From Pseudomonadota bacterium (lineage in GTDB: Bacteria; Desulfobacterota; Desulfobacteria; Desulfobacterales; RPRI01), in contig JBDRRF010000057.1 in the NCBI GenBank assembly GCA_043825875.1, positions 1 through 64,000 on the forward strand: 64,000 nt of DNA, read 5' to 3'. A program made the translations under genes and the position numbers. Positions within the stretch are counted from its first letter, which is position 1. The number at the start of each line of letters is the position of its first letter. This document shows positions 30,836 through 41,335 of this stretch, piece after piece. Under the pieces are notes generated by a model. That model worked only from the letters and a program-made list of their open reading frames with translations, made no database searches and was not told where the DNA came from.

Positions 30836-31315
30836 ATGAGATTAACAACAAAAAGCAGATATGGCACACGCCTTATTCTCGATCTTGCTATTTATGCAAA
30901 GGAACATCCTGTCCCTTTAAGTGATATAGCAAGACGTCAGAATATTTCTTTAAAATACCTTGAACATTTGATCAAAAAACTAAAAGATGCGGGTTTAATA
31001 AAAAGCCGGAGAGGACCTTTTGGCGGGCACATGTTGAAGAAGTCACCAGATAAAATTACAGTTGGTGATATTGTTCGAACACTTGAGGGAACGGCCGCTA
31101 TCACTGACTGTGCTGAAACGGAAGACAAACTTTGCGGTGTGTGTAACATGGCAGGCGATTGTCTCTCCCGTTGGGTTTGGATTGAAGCCAGCAAGGCAAT
31201 ATTTAACCGCCTTGATGAAATAACTATAGGAAACTTAATATCAGGCAAGAAAAAGCAGATAGATGAAGCAAGGAAATACAGAGAAGAACTTAAAAATAAC
31301 AAAAAAAAGAAATGA
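30836..31315 (+). CDS. rrf2: Rrf2-family transcriptional regulator
   Basis: LTTKSRYG, SLKYLE, SRRGPFGG; Cys cluster C-X7-C-X2-C-X5-C. Confidence 0.9.
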   Translation: MRLTTKSRYGTRLILDLAIYAKEHPVPLSDIARRQNISLKYLEHLIKKLKDAGLIKSRRGPFGGHMLKKSPDKITVGDIVRTLEGTAAITDCAETEDKLCGVCNMAGDCLSRWVWIEASKAIFNRLDEITIGNLISGKKKQIDEARKYREELKNNKKKK

Positions 31316-31352
31316 TGCTTTTAATAACTATCAAAAATTTTAAGGATCCAAC

Positions 31353-31392
31353 AAAAAAATCCCGTTAGGAATCAGTTTCCTAACGGGATTTA
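31353..31392 (-). terminator. Terminator between convergent genes
   Basis: 14-bp perfect stem AATCCCGTTAGGAA / TTCCTAACGGGATT with a T-run on the minus strand. Confidence 0.85.
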
Positions 31393-31418
31393 AATTAACA
31401 ACAAATGTTTTTGATCAT

Positions 31419-31745
31419 TTATGAAAATCTTGCAGACCTGGGTGCTTTTCCTGCAAGAGGATTATAAATTTTCATAATTGCAAATTTCATAACATCTAAA
31501 GTCTTCATATCGGTTACAATGCCAAAAAGAGTATTTTCGGCACCTTCAGGAATAGTACAACCATTGGATGCGTCAAAAGCTAAATCAGGAAAACCTTTGA
31601 CAAGTTTTTTATGTTCTTTGGCGCTAAAAGGCACTTGGACTGCCTTCTTGCCATCTATCTCTGTAATCTCTCCGGACAACCCGGCTTCTTCAATTTTTTT
31701 TAATTTTTCATCATCCAAAATAATGTTGATAGTATAATCCGCCAT
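31419..31745 (-). CDS. Hypothetical protein (108 aa)
   Basis: AGGAGG SD and its own terminator; no family recognised. Confidence 0.8.
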   Translation of the reverse strand: MADYTINIILDDEKLKKIEEAGLSGEITEIDGKKAVQVPFSAKEHKKLVKGFPDLAFDASNGCTIPEGAENTLFGIVTDMKTLDVMKFAIMKIYNPLAGKAPRSARFS

Positions 31746-31918
31746 TCAAATAACCTCCTGTTAAATTTACTGATATTTTTATTAAATAATCCTCAATACA
31801 TTTATATAAACGAATACCCATGATTTTAAAAAATTTTGGAAGGTGTATTATATCATACTATTTTTGTCAAGAATCTTATCTTGAAAACAGGCAATCATTA
31901 AACCCTTTAAAATTTTAA

Positions 31919-33088
31919 CTATCTTGATTTTGTGCTAAATTTTGTGCCAAAAATTCTATATAAAACAAAAATCATTCCCCCCGCAAAAGCTATTAAGCTG
32001 CTTAAGCCAAAAAGTGCATATGAACCTGCTTTTTCGTAAAGCCACCCGCTCAAAAAAAATCCAACCATCAGCCCAAGCCCGTAAGTAACTGCATTGTTTA
32101 GTGCCTGGCCAAGAGTCTTGGTTTCATTGGAAGTCATGGAATCGATATACAGAAGGCCTGATATATGAAACGCAGCGTAAGTAAACGCATGCAAGGTCTG
32201 AGATAAAAGAATAATAACAGGAGATACCGCCAGAGAAAGAATCAACCACCTTAACACCGCTACGGCAAACGCAAAAATAATAACCGAATTGATTGTAAAA
32301 TTCTTAAAAATTCTGTTTGAATTTATCATTACAAGGATTTCCGCCATTGAAGCCAAGCCCCAGGCAGCCCCTATAAATGTACGGTCATATCCAAGATTTT
32401 CAAGATGTATAGAAAAAAAGCCATAATACATTCCATGACTTACAAGCATTAAAAAAGCGCTTACAAGAAAAATTATTACCTCTTTTTTTCTTAAAAGTGT
32501 TATTGCCTCATGGTAGAAAGGCTTCTTATTTAGAGGTTTTACTTCCGGAATTTTGATTGCAAAAGCAGCTTGTATTGCTGAACCTGCAAAAATAAAAAGA
32601 AGAATTATTCTTATAGGATAAATATCAAGAACTTTTCCCAATATAAATACAGTTACAATAAAAGCTATAGTACCCCATACTCTGATACTGCCATATTTCT
32701 TCTTTCTTTTTCCAAGGATGTCTATTGTGAAGGCTTCAAGGAAAGATATTATAGGAGCATAAAATGCGGTATAGCAAACTGTAATTATGAGCATTGCCCA
32801 GAAGTCTGAAGTTAAAAAATAAAAACACCAGATTGCAGCGCTAGTAAAATGGCATAAAAGATATATTTTTTTTCTTGTCTGAAAACGGTCTGCAAGTGCT
32901 CCCATCAAAAGAGGCGATATAATCATTATAACGGATCTTGAAGCTGATAATGCACCTATCTGAAAACCTGTAAACCCAAGTTTGTAACAATACAGGTTAA
33001 AATAGGGTAAAAATGCCCCCATTACACCGAAATATAAAAAGTACTGTGAAGCAAGGATATATCTGTCTTTAGGAGAGGATTCAGTCAT
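31919..33088 (-). CDS. MFS transporter (HcaT/nucleoside:H+ symporter-like)
   Basis: About 12 TMs; GALADRF; YGSIRVWGT. Confidence 0.88.
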   Translation of the reverse strand: MTESSPKDRYILASQYFLYFGVMGAFLPYFNLYCYKLGFTGFQIGALSASRSVIMIISPLLMGALADRFQTRKKIYLLCHFTSAAIWCFYFLTSDFWAMLIITVCYTAFYAPIISFLEAFTIDILGKRKKKYGSIRVWGTIAFIVTVFILGKVLDIYPIRIILLFIFAGSAIQAAFAIKIPEVKPLNKKPFYHEAITLLRKKEVIIFLVSAFLMLVSHGMYYGFFSIHLENLGYDRTFIGAAWGLASMAEILVMINSNRIFKNFTINSVIIFAFAVAVLRWLILSLAVSPVIILLSQTLHAFTYAAFHISGLLYIDSMTSNETKTLGQALNNAVTYGLGLMVGFFLSGWLYEKAGSYALFGLSSLIAFAGGMIFVLYRIFGTKFSTKSR

Positions 33089-33209
33089 AGTTATTTAATA
33101 CGATATTTGGAGGAAAACTTCAAATGAATATGAGTTGATTAGCAAATTTATACCGTATGAACGTTTTTGTTTTTCGATTTAATAAGAAAGGTAAAGGCGT
33201 AAATAAGTC

Positions 33210-33245
33210 AAAAAAAAGGAGAGCCGGCTATTGGCTGGCTCTCCT
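33210..33245 (-). terminator. Intrinsic terminator of hsp20
   Basis: AGGAGAGCC...GGCTCTCCT stem with poly-T on the minus strand. Confidence 0.8.
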
Positions 33246-33261
33246 GAATGTATTTACAATA

Positions 33262-33711
33262 TTAATCTACTTTTACTAAAACTTGTTTCGGTTTATCTTC
33301 TTCAGGCTTAGGAATTTCCACTTTTAAAATTCCATCCTTAAATGTAGCCTTTATTTTATCCGAATTCACAGCAGAAGGTAAAGTAAACGCTCTGTAAAAT
33401 GATCCGTAACTACTTTCTTTGCGATAGTAGTTTTCTTTATTTATTTCTTTATCTTTAACTCTCTCGCCTTTTATAGAAACAATATTATCCTTAATCTCAA
33501 CAGATACCTCTTTCTTATTTACTCCGGGAAGCTCTGCTTTTATGACTAAGGAATCTTCATCATCATAAATATCCACTACAGGTTTCCAAGTATAAAGATT
33601 CATATCATCTTCAACATCTTTTGAACGCACAACATCATCAAAAATTCGATTTATGCGGTCCTGAAGACTTGTCATACTTGTAAATGGAGTCCATCTTACA
33701 ATTTGTGTCAT
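33262..33711 (-). CDS. Small heat-shock protein Hsp20
   Basis: PVVDIY, AELPG, YGSFYRAFTLP, DGILKVEIPK. Confidence 0.93.
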   Translation of the reverse strand: MTQIVRWTPFTSMTSLQDRINRIFDDVVRSKDVEDDMNLYTWKPVVDIYDDEDSLVIKAELPGVNKKEVSVEIKDNIVSIKGERVKDKEINKENYYRKESSYGSFYRAFTLPSAVNSDKIKATFKDGILKVEIPKPEEDKPKQVLVKVD

Positions 33712-33895
33712 AATAACACCTCCTCTTATCATTTAGCCAATAATTATTAATTAAAATAAGTGGCTCTCCTTTTTGCTAAAAAGTTAATCACAAGTTTTTT
33801 CTTGTCAAGAGGTATCTCAAAGTTGTAATTTATAAAATGATTGTTATTATTTTCCTGTAATATAAAATTTAAGCGTTATAAATCAGGAGCCGAAA

Positions 33896-34342
33896 ATGGA
33901 TTATATCAAAATAAAATTTGGCAATGATTACGGAATGTTTAATCCGGAACACAAAAAAACTATTGAAGACATATTCCAATCGATAAGCCCTATGTTTTCT
34001 TTCTATGAACGTTCGTGGAAACCCCCGATGGATATTTATGAAACCGTCAAGGAAGTTGTGGTTATTGCCGAAATCGCCGGGATTAACAAAGATACTCTTG
34101 AAGTAGAGATCAGCAGCATGGCACTTAAGATAAAAGGAACGCGCAATGAACTTCCGCGTACTGAGAATACAACATTCAGGCTTGCAGAAATACAATACGG
34201 AACCTTTGAGCGGATACTCTATTTTCCTGTTCCTGTAGATACTGAAAACGTTTTGGCATCTTACGCAAATGGTTTTTTACATATAAAACTTGCCAAAATA
34301 TCAACTAACAGAACATATAAGGTTTCTATTGTTGATGGATAA
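33896..34342 (+). CDS. Hsp20-like protein upstream of lon
   Basis: WKPPMDIYET, AEIQYGTFER, YANGFL. Confidence 0.88.
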   Translation: MDYIKIKFGNDYGMFNPEHKKTIEDIFQSISPMFSFYERSWKPPMDIYETVKEVVVIAEIAGINKDTLEVEISSMALKIKGTRNELPRTENTTFRLAEIQYGTFERILYFPVPVDTENVLASYANGFLHIKLAKISTNRTYKVSIVDG

Positions 34343-34427
34343 TTTTAACGTTTTTTTCTAATCCGGTTTTCAAACTTAATTTATCCCTGTTTTTTAAAAT
34401 TATTCATAGAGTCGCTTGGAGGTATCA

Positions 34428-36788
34428 ATGGATCAACAGCAATCACCGTTTGATTTAAAAACAGAGAAACTTCCTGAAATTCTTCCGGTCCTTCCTTTGT
34501 TTGATAATTTGCTTTTTCCAAAAATGGCTTTACCTCTTGTAGTAATGCAGGCAGAATCTATTCAGCTTGTTGACGAGGCAATGTCTACAGACCGCATTAT
34601 AGGCCTTATTGCCTCCAAAAAACCCGGCACCGAGCCTTATAATCCGCAGGAGGATCTTTACACTTTTGGAACAAGTGCCATAATATTACGAATGGCAAAG
34701 TCTTATGATAACAGCACCCAGCTTCTTGTCCAGGGACTTGGAAGATTTAAAGCAATAGAATACATGGAAGGAAAGCCTTATCTTAGAGCAAGGGCAGAAT
34801 ACATACTGGAGAAAGAACCAAAAGGCAAAGAAACACAGGCTCTTGTCGCAAATATGCTAAGCCTTTTTTCAAGAATAGTTGAGCTTACGCCCGGTTTGCC
34901 GAAAGATACTGCAAATATGGCCAAATCGATTCAGGAACCGGGAATACTGGCCGATATGGTAGCTTCGATTATGAATACAACCTTAGAAGAAAAACAAAAA
35001 ATAATTGAAACAGAAGATGTACGCAAAAGATTAAAAGAAGTTACCAGGCAGGCCACACATCATCTTGAAATCCTCGAGCTTGGGAACAAAATACAAACCC
35101 AGGTTAAAGGGGATATGGAAAAAGGCCAGAGAGAATATTATTTGAGGCAGCAGCTTAAAGCTATAAAAGAAGAACTGGGGGAAAAAGACGATACCAATGT
35201 GGAAGTTGAGGAGTACAAAACCAAGGTAAAGGAGAAAAATCTGCCTCCCGAAGCGCTTAAAGAAGCCGAGCGTGAATTAAACCGCCTTTCGCGCATGCAT
35301 CCGTCATCTGCCGAATATACTGTGGCATCAACTTATCTTGACTGGCTTACAACTCTTCCCTGGAATGAAAGTACAAAAGATAATCTTGATATAAAGAAAG
35401 CAAAAAAGGTTTTGGATGAAGACCATTTCGGGCTTGAAAAGGCAAAAAAGCGTATCATTGAGTTTCTTGCTGTACGAAAATTAAAACCCGAATCAAAAGG
35501 ACCAATCCTTTGCTTGGCAGGCCCGCCGGGAACAGGCAAAACATCTCTTGGCAAATCAATAGCAAGAGCGCTTGGACGCAAGTTCATACGCATATCATTA
35601 GGAGGTGTCCATGATGAAGCCGAGATCAGGGGACACAGACGCACATACGTTGGGGCTCTTCCCGGACGTATTATTCAGGGAATTAGAACCGCCGGCGCAA
35701 ATAATCCGATTTTCATGCTTGATGAGATAGACAAAGTAGGAAGCGATTTTCGCGGTGATCCTTCATCAGCACTTCTTGAAGTACTTGATCCTGAACAAAA
35801 CTTTTCGTTTTCCGATCATTATCTTGATGTTCCTTTTGACCTTTCAAAAGTTATGTTTATAACAACGGCAAACGTTCTTCACACAATACCGCCTGCATTA
35901 AGAGACAGGATGGAAGTCCTTGAGCTTTTGGGATATACGGAAGAAGAAAAACTTAAAATAGCTAAGCGCTACCTTATTCCCCGCCAGCGTGAAGCTCACG
36001 GTCTTAAATCCGGACATATAGTATTTTCGGACGGAGCAGTTAAAAAAGTCATCTCCGACTATACGCGTGAAGCAGGCTTGAGAAATCTTGAAAGAGAATT
36101 GGCGACAATATGCAGAGGGGTTGCAACCAGCATTGCCGATGAATCTGTAAAAAAAGTTGAAATCACGGCACAAAATATATCAAAATATCTTGGACCCGAA
36201 CGCCGATATCCTGAAGTTCTTACAAGAACAGCCACGCCAGGAGTTGCTACAGGTCTTGCGTGGACTCAGGCAGGCGGTGAAGTGCTTTTTGTTGAAGCTA
36301 CTGCCATGAAAGGAAAAAGGGGCCTGATCCTTACAGGTCAACTCGGCGATGTTATGAAAGAATCTGCTACAGCCGCTTTAAGTTTTATAAGATCAAACGC
36401 AAAGCTATTGGATATCGATGAAGAATATTTTGAAAACAATGAAATCCATATCCATGTTCCTGCTGGCGCAATACCCAAAGACGGTCCTTCGGCAGGCGTT
36501 ACAATGCTTACAGCTTTATATTCCCTGCTAAAAAACAAACCTATAGAAAAATATCTTGCAATGACCGGTGAAATTACTTTAAGAGGATTGGTGCTCCCTG
36601 TGGGAGGAATAAAGGAAAAGGTTCTTGCAGCACACAACATTGGAATAAAAACCATCATTTTGCCAAAATGGAATGAAAAAGATCTTTTTGAAGTTCCCAA
36701 AAAAGTGCAAAAAGCAATTAAGTTTCACTTTGCAGATAAAATGATAGATGTTTTAAAAATCGCAATTAAAGATAACAACCTTAAATAG
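34428..36788 (+). CDS. lon: ATP-dependent Lon protease
   Basis: GPPGTGKT, DEAEIRGHRRTY, PKDGPSAG; GGAGG SD before ATG at 34428. Confidence 0.97.
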   Translation: MDQQQSPFDLKTEKLPEILPVLPLFDNLLFPKMALPLVVMQAESIQLVDEAMSTDRIIGLIASKKPGTEPYNPQEDLYTFGTSAIILRMAKSYDNSTQLLVQGLGRFKAIEYMEGKPYLRARAEYILEKEPKGKETQALVANMLSLFSRIVELTPGLPKDTANMAKSIQEPGILADMVASIMNTTLEEKQKIIETEDVRKRLKEVTRQATHHLEILELGNKIQTQVKGDMEKGQREYYLRQQLKAIKEELGEKDDTNVEVEEYKTKVKEKNLPPEALKEAERELNRLSRMHPSSAEYTVASTYLDWLTTLPWNESTKDNLDIKKAKKVLDEDHFGLEKAKKRIIEFLAVRKLKPESKGPILCLAGPPGTGKTSLGKSIARALGRKFIRISLGGVHDEAEIRGHRRTYVGALPGRIIQGIRTAGANNPIFMLDEIDKVGSDFRGDPSSALLEVLDPEQNFSFSDHYLDVPFDLSKVMFITTANVLHTIPPALRDRMEVLELLGYTEEEKLKIAKRYLIPRQREAHGLKSGHIVFSDGAVKKVISDYTREAGLRNLERELATICRGVATSIADESVKKVEITAQNISKYLGPERRYPEVLTRTATPGVATGLAWTQAGGEVLFVEATAMKGKRGLILTGQLGDVMKESATAALSFIRSNAKLLDIDEEYFENNEIHIHVPAGAIPKDGPSAGVTMLTALYSLLKNKPIEKYLAMTGEITLRGLVLPVGGIKEKVLAAHNIGIKTIILPKWNEKDLFEVPKKVQKAIKFHFADKMIDVLKIAIKDNNLK

Positions 36789-36791
36789 AAT

Positions 36792-37568
36792 ATGAATAAA
36801 ATAATAAATAATCGTAAAGCAATTTTTAGTCTCCTGGTTTTTGGTCTTTTTCTTATATGCAGCTGTTCAACAGGCAGACAGCCGGTATCGGTGTCTTCAA
36901 AATATCCACCAAAAGCTACTTATCCCCCAAAAGCTAATTATCCAAAACCCTATAAGGTTTTCGGGAAATGGTATCAGCCTATACCTGATTCAAAAGGCTA
37001 CCGTGAGCGCGGAATAGCATCCTGGTATGGTAAAGATTTTCATGGAAAGAAGACATCAAACGGCGAAATTTATAATATGCATGATATGACGGCTGCCCAC
37101 AAAACCCTTCCCCTCGGAACAATTGTAAAAGTATTGAATCTTGATAATAACAAGGAAATAACCTTAAGAATCAATGACAGAGGACCGTTTGTAAACAAAC
37201 GTATAATAGATCTTTCCTATGAAGCAGCAAAAAGGATCGGGATAGTAGGTCCGGGCACTTGTTCTGTAGAAGTTGCCGCCATAGGACAGGAAGTTAAATC
37301 AGAAACAGACAGGGTGGCTCCGGTTGATTATTACTCTGGCAATTTTACTTTCCAGGTAGGATCTTATGCAGATAAAAGTAATGCGGAAAGTTTAAAAGCC
37401 AAACTCGATGCGAAGTATAAAAACGCTCACATAGCTGTTTTTAATGACGGAAATAAAATTTTATATAGAGTCCGTGTAGGATTATGTTCAAATCTTGATG
37501 ATACTGCCAAATACGAAAAAATCCTTGCAGAAGACGGATATGCTGATGTGTTTACAGTTGCTGAATAA
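36792..37568 (+). CDS. rlpA: RlpA-family lipoprotein with SPOR domain
   Basis: Lipobox; GIASWYG, TAAHKTLP, INDRGPF, IIDLS; SPOR QVGSY. Confidence 0.93.
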   Translation: MNKIINNRKAIFSLLVFGLFLICSCSTGRQPVSVSSKYPPKATYPPKANYPKPYKVFGKWYQPIPDSKGYRERGIASWYGKDFHGKKTSNGEIYNMHDMTAAHKTLPLGTIVKVLNLDNNKEITLRINDRGPFVNKRIIDLSYEAAKRIGIVGPGTCSVEVAAIGQEVKSETDRVAPVDYYSGNFTFQVGSYADKSNAESLKAKLDAKYKNAHIAVFNDGNKILYRVRVGLCSNLDDTAKYEKILAEDGYADVFTVAE

Positions 37569-37577
37569 TTCGAATAA

Positions 37578-37661
37578 TTAACTACCAGGCACAAATATGA
37601 ATTAAGCCGTGAAATAGAACGAATGCTTAGCAGTTTAATCAGGAAGTTAAGCGGTAAATAG
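37578..37661 (+). pseudogene. C-terminal remnant of a four-helix-bundle (23S rRNA IVS-protein-like) gene
   Basis: ..YELSREIERMLSSLIRKLSGK*, followed by short-period repeats (CTTTGTGC-CTTTGTGC). Confidence 0.5.
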
Positions 37662-37814
37662 ACAAAAACAGGGAAGAGACAAAGGTAAAGACGTGAAGGT
37701 GGTTACAAAAATTTATGATGTATATGTGTCTGGGTCCGAAAAACGGGCATACAGAAAAAACTTTGTGCCTTTGTGCCTCTGTCCCCATGAACCTGAGTAG
37801 TCAGGTATCAGTTC

Positions 37815-38429
37815 ATGACCAGCAACAATGACAAAACATACATTTTTCTGGACAGAGACGGAGTTATCAATAAAGACTCCCCTGATTATATAAAAAACTG
37901 GTCCGAATTTGAGTTTATCCCCGGAAGCATTGAAGCCATAAAGATTCTTTCAAATAATGACTATCCTGTAATAATTATTACTAACCAGTCCATGATAAAC
38001 CGCAAAATCTCAACATTCGATAATCTTGAATTTATTCATGTAATGATAAATAAAACTGTGAAGATTGAAGGCGGCAACATTAAAGATATCTTCTTCTGCC
38101 CCCATACACCAGAAGAAGAGTGCGAATGCCGGAAACCCAAGCCCGGGCTTATTGACCAGGCGCAAAAAAAATATGCCATAAATATAGCTAAATCGGTTAT
38201 GATCGGCGACAGCTCAAAAGATATCGAATGCGCAAGAAATGCTGGTTGCGGATATGCAATTCTTGTTAAAACCGGAAATTACAAGCATGCAATGGATTTA
38301 CTGAAAGAAAAGAATATACTACCTGACTATATTGCAGCAGATCTTTTTGATGCCGCCGGATGGATAATGAGTGTTGGCGAAAGCCAACAGCAGGATTCAA
38401 GGGGTCAAGGGGTCAAGGAGTCAAGTTGA
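37815..38429 (+). CDS. gmhB: Heptose-1,7-bisphosphate phosphatase (HAD)
   Basis: FLDRDGVIN, TNQS, CPH..C.CRKP.PG, MIGD. Confidence 0.9.
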   Translation: MTSNNDKTYIFLDRDGVINKDSPDYIKNWSEFEFIPGSIEAIKILSNNDYPVIIITNQSMINRKISTFDNLEFIHVMINKTVKIEGGNIKDIFFCPHTPEEECECRKPKPGLIDQAQKKYAINIAKSVMIGDSSKDIECARNAGCGYAILVKTGNYKHAMDLLKEKNILPDYIAADLFDAAGWIMSVGESQQQDSRGQGVKESS

Positions 38430-38482
38430 ATCTCGCTTACATCTAAGTCTTGAACCCTCGAATCCTTGAACCCTGGAACCCT
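38393..38482. repeat. Inverted arrays of 8-mer repeats
   Basis: GGATTCAA-GGGGTCAA-GGGGTCAA-GGAGTCAA versus TTGAACCC-TCGAATCC-TTGAACCC-TGGAACCC. Confidence 0.75.
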
Positions 38483-38537
38483 TTTAACTCAAAACAATTC
38501 CGAACAGGACAATAAATTAATGGATAAATATAAATAA

Positions 38538-40727
38538 ATGATAGATAACGATCATCATTTAACAACCATTGAAGGCTATCTTGAAAATGTCACTTATTTT
38601 AATGAAGAAACCCACTATACCATTGCCAAAATCAGAACTCCTGGCATAGAAAACCCTGTAACAGTTGTTGGTTTTATGGCAGCTGTCAGTCCTGGTGAAA
38701 CACTAAAAATTGCCGGCAATTGGGAAACCCACCCCAAATACGGAGAGCAGCTTAAAATAAAATCTTTTGAAGTAACTCTTCCTGCAACAGTTGAAGGAAT
38801 AAAAAAATATTTAGGCTCAGGAATTATCAAAGGGATAGGACCTTCGGCTGCCGCAAAACTGGTTAATTGTTTTGGATCATCAACTCTTGAAATTATCGAA
38901 AAGCATCCGGAAAGACTTCTTGAAGTATCCGGTATAGGCAAAGCAAAAGCTGCATCAATAACCGATGCATGGCAAAACCATCATCTTGTAAGAAGCATTA
39001 TGAATTTTTTGCAGGATATGGGAGTCAAAACTTCATATTGCAGCAAAATTTTAAAACTTTACGGCGAAGATTCAGTAAAAATTTTAAGCGATAACCCTTA
39101 TCGCATCGCAGAAGATATTGCCGGAGCCGGTTTTTATATTGCTGATGCAATAGCAAAAAAACTTGGCTTTTCACATGATAAACCGGAAAGAATAAGAGCA
39201 TGTATTCTTCATTTGCTGGCACAGGGCGCAAATGACGGACACGTTTTTTTATACGGAAAAAATATTATTGATAAATGCAGAACTGCTTTTGAGATAGGAT
39301 ATGATTACGTAATAGATGAGATAAATTATCTGGCGGAAACAGGCGATATTTTCATCGAAAATAATTCCGAATATTTTGAGACCAACGCAGTATATCTTAA
39401 GGAATTATATCTTGCAGAAAAGGGCATTGCTGATCGCCTCATTGCTTATATGTCAATACCGGTGTCTCCTTTTTCCCTGCAATCTGATGAAATTATTCAA
39501 AAGGTTCAAAAAAAACTTGCCATAAAACTTTCAGAAGAACAACTTAATGTTATCAAAGGAGTATTTTCCCATCGTATAGCTATAATAACCGGAGGACCGG
39601 GAACCGGCAAAACAACTCTTATAAGATCGGTTGCCGCAATTTTTGACTCGTTCGGTAAACAAGTCAAGCTTGCCGCCCCTACTGGTAGAGCCGCAAGACG
39701 CCTTAGCGAAGTTACCGGAAGAAAAGCTCAGACTATTCACAGACTCCTTGGTTATAATGCAATCGACGGATATTTTGACAAAGATCAGGATAATCCCTTA
39801 GAAGCTGATGCAATAATAATTGATGAGGCATCAATGGTAGATACTTTTTTGATGTATAGTCTTATCCGTGCGATTCCGGCAAGTTCCGCTCTAATACTTG
39901 TAGGTGATATTTTTCAGCTTCCTTCTGTTGGACCGGGAAATATTTTATCCGATCTTATATTTTCCGAACAGATCCCTGTTTTTTATTTAAGCAAAATATT
40001 CAGACAAGCCAAGGAAAGCCCTATCATAATCAATGCGCATAAAGTCCGGCAGGGAGAATCTCCTGTATTCGAGACCCCGGCAGATAGAGGCAGTATTTCC
40101 GAGTTTTATTTTATTGAACAAAACAAATCCGACCGCATAGCTCCTCTCATACTTGAACTATGCAAAAAAACAATCCCGCATTTTTGCGGATTCGATCCGG
40201 TAGAAGATATTCAGGTTTTAACTCCCATGCATAAAGGATTTGCAGGAACCATATATCTTAACCAGGTATTGCAGAAAGCCTTAAATCCTAGTCCTGTTTT
40301 TATTGAAGCTGCGGGAAGCAGGTTCAAGGAGGGCGACAAGGTGATGCATCTTAAAAACAACTATCAAAAGGAAGTATTTAACGGAGACATAGGATCTATT
40401 GTCTCAATAGATGTTAACAAGAAAGAACTTCTGGTAAATTACTATTACAGAACAGTCGAATATGCATTTGATGAACTGGACGAACTTACACCAGCATACG
40501 CCATATCGGTTCATAAATCCCAGGGTTCCGAATACCCGGCAGTAATTATTCCGCTTGTAACAGAACACTATATACTCCTTCAAAGAAATCTTCTTTATAC
40601 CGCAATTACAAGAGGAAGCAGGATAGTAATATTAGTCGGTTCCAGAAAGGCTTTGGATATCGCATTAAATAATGACAAACCCAGTGAAAGGCTTTCAGGG
40701 CTTAGAGACAGACTAAATGGGAGGTAG
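38538..40727 (+). CDS. recD2: RecD2-like ATP-dependent helicase
   Basis: HhH region, TGGPGTGKT, APTGRAA, DEASM, HKSQGSEY. Confidence 0.95.
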   Translation: MIDNDHHLTTIEGYLENVTYFNEETHYTIAKIRTPGIENPVTVVGFMAAVSPGETLKIAGNWETHPKYGEQLKIKSFEVTLPATVEGIKKYLGSGIIKGIGPSAAAKLVNCFGSSTLEIIEKHPERLLEVSGIGKAKAASITDAWQNHHLVRSIMNFLQDMGVKTSYCSKILKLYGEDSVKILSDNPYRIAEDIAGAGFYIADAIAKKLGFSHDKPERIRACILHLLAQGANDGHVFLYGKNIIDKCRTAFEIGYDYVIDEINYLAETGDIFIENNSEYFETNAVYLKELYLAEKGIADRLIAYMSIPVSPFSLQSDEIIQKVQKKLAIKLSEEQLNVIKGVFSHRIAIITGGPGTGKTTLIRSVAAIFDSFGKQVKLAAPTGRAARRLSEVTGRKAQTIHRLLGYNAIDGYFDKDQDNPLEADAIIIDEASMVDTFLMYSLIRAIPASSALILVGDIFQLPSVGPGNILSDLIFSEQIPVFYLSKIFRQAKESPIIINAHKVRQGESPVFETPADRGSISEFYFIEQNKSDRIAPLILELCKKTIPHFCGFDPVEDIQVLTPMHKGFAGTIYLNQVLQKALNPSPVFIEAAGSRFKEGDKVMHLKNNYQKEVFNGDIGSIVSIDVNKKELLVNYYYRTVEYAFDELDELTPAYAISVHKSQGSEYPAVIIPLVTEHYILLQRNLLYTAITRGSRIVILVGSRKALDIALNNDKPSERLSGLRDRLNGR

Positions 40728-40756
40728 CTCATAAGCTGATAAGTTCATAAGCTCAT
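40726..40756. repeat. 8-mer tandem repeat
   Basis: AGCTCATA-AGCTGATA-AGTTCATA-AGCTCAT. Confidence 0.6.
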
Positions 40757-40789
40757 GAGGTTGGAGATTGTGGATTCAAGTAGTATGAG

Positions 40790-41335
40790 CTATAAGATCT
40801 TTTTGAAGGTGGCTAAAAATTCTTTTTCATCGGATGTGTCATCAAAGGTTTTCAGCCATTTTTCTATGTAGCAGATGTCTATGTTAGGATTTTGCAACAT
40901 TACATTATGCACATCTTCGATATCTCTCGGGCGTCCTGCAAAAATTTTATGTATAATTAGATCTTCAACTGAAGCGAACCAAACATCCTGATTAAGGATT
41001 TTTATTTTTTTTGCTCTTTGGATAGCCTGGGATTCATAAGGAGTAAAAGAAAATATGAAATCTATCCGGATGCCGGTAACCAAATCCTGAGCAGGCAATA
41101 CCATAGTTTGGCGAACAAAGGCTGATAGATCTTCCGGGAGGGGTTTGAGAGAAAGATACTCCACTATAGCAAGAATGGCTTCAAGCCGGTCTATATCAAT
41201 ACCAAGAGTTATATCTATATCGCGTGTTAGGCGTGGCTCACCATATAACAAAACAGCTTGGCCACCGATTATCATATAAGGTATTTTGGCTCTTTCGAGA
41301 GAAGCACCTAATCGGGCAAGGATTTTGTCAAACAT
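40790..41335 (-). CDS. Nucleotidyltransferase-fold protein (AbiEii/DUF6036-like)
   Basis: IIGGQA, R.TRDID, EDLIIHK..AGRPRDIED. Confidence 0.8.
   Translation of the reverse strand: MFDKILARLGASLERAKIPYMIIGGQAVLLYGEPRLTRDIDITLGIDIDRLEAILAIVEYLSLKPLPEDLSAFVRQTMVLPAQDLVTGIRIDFIFSFTPYESQAIQRAKKIKILNQDVWFASVEDLIIHKIFAGRPRDIEDVHNVMLQNPNIDICYIEKWLKTFDDTSDEKEFLATFKKIL

Noticed and set aside
33740..33890. CIRCE or sigma-32 site between the hsp20 genes
   Set aside because: No TTAGCACTC-N9-GAGTGCTAA and no CCCCAT -10 element.
36900..36955. YPPKA short repeat in RlpA
   Set aside because: Ordinary Pro-rich lipoprotein linker.
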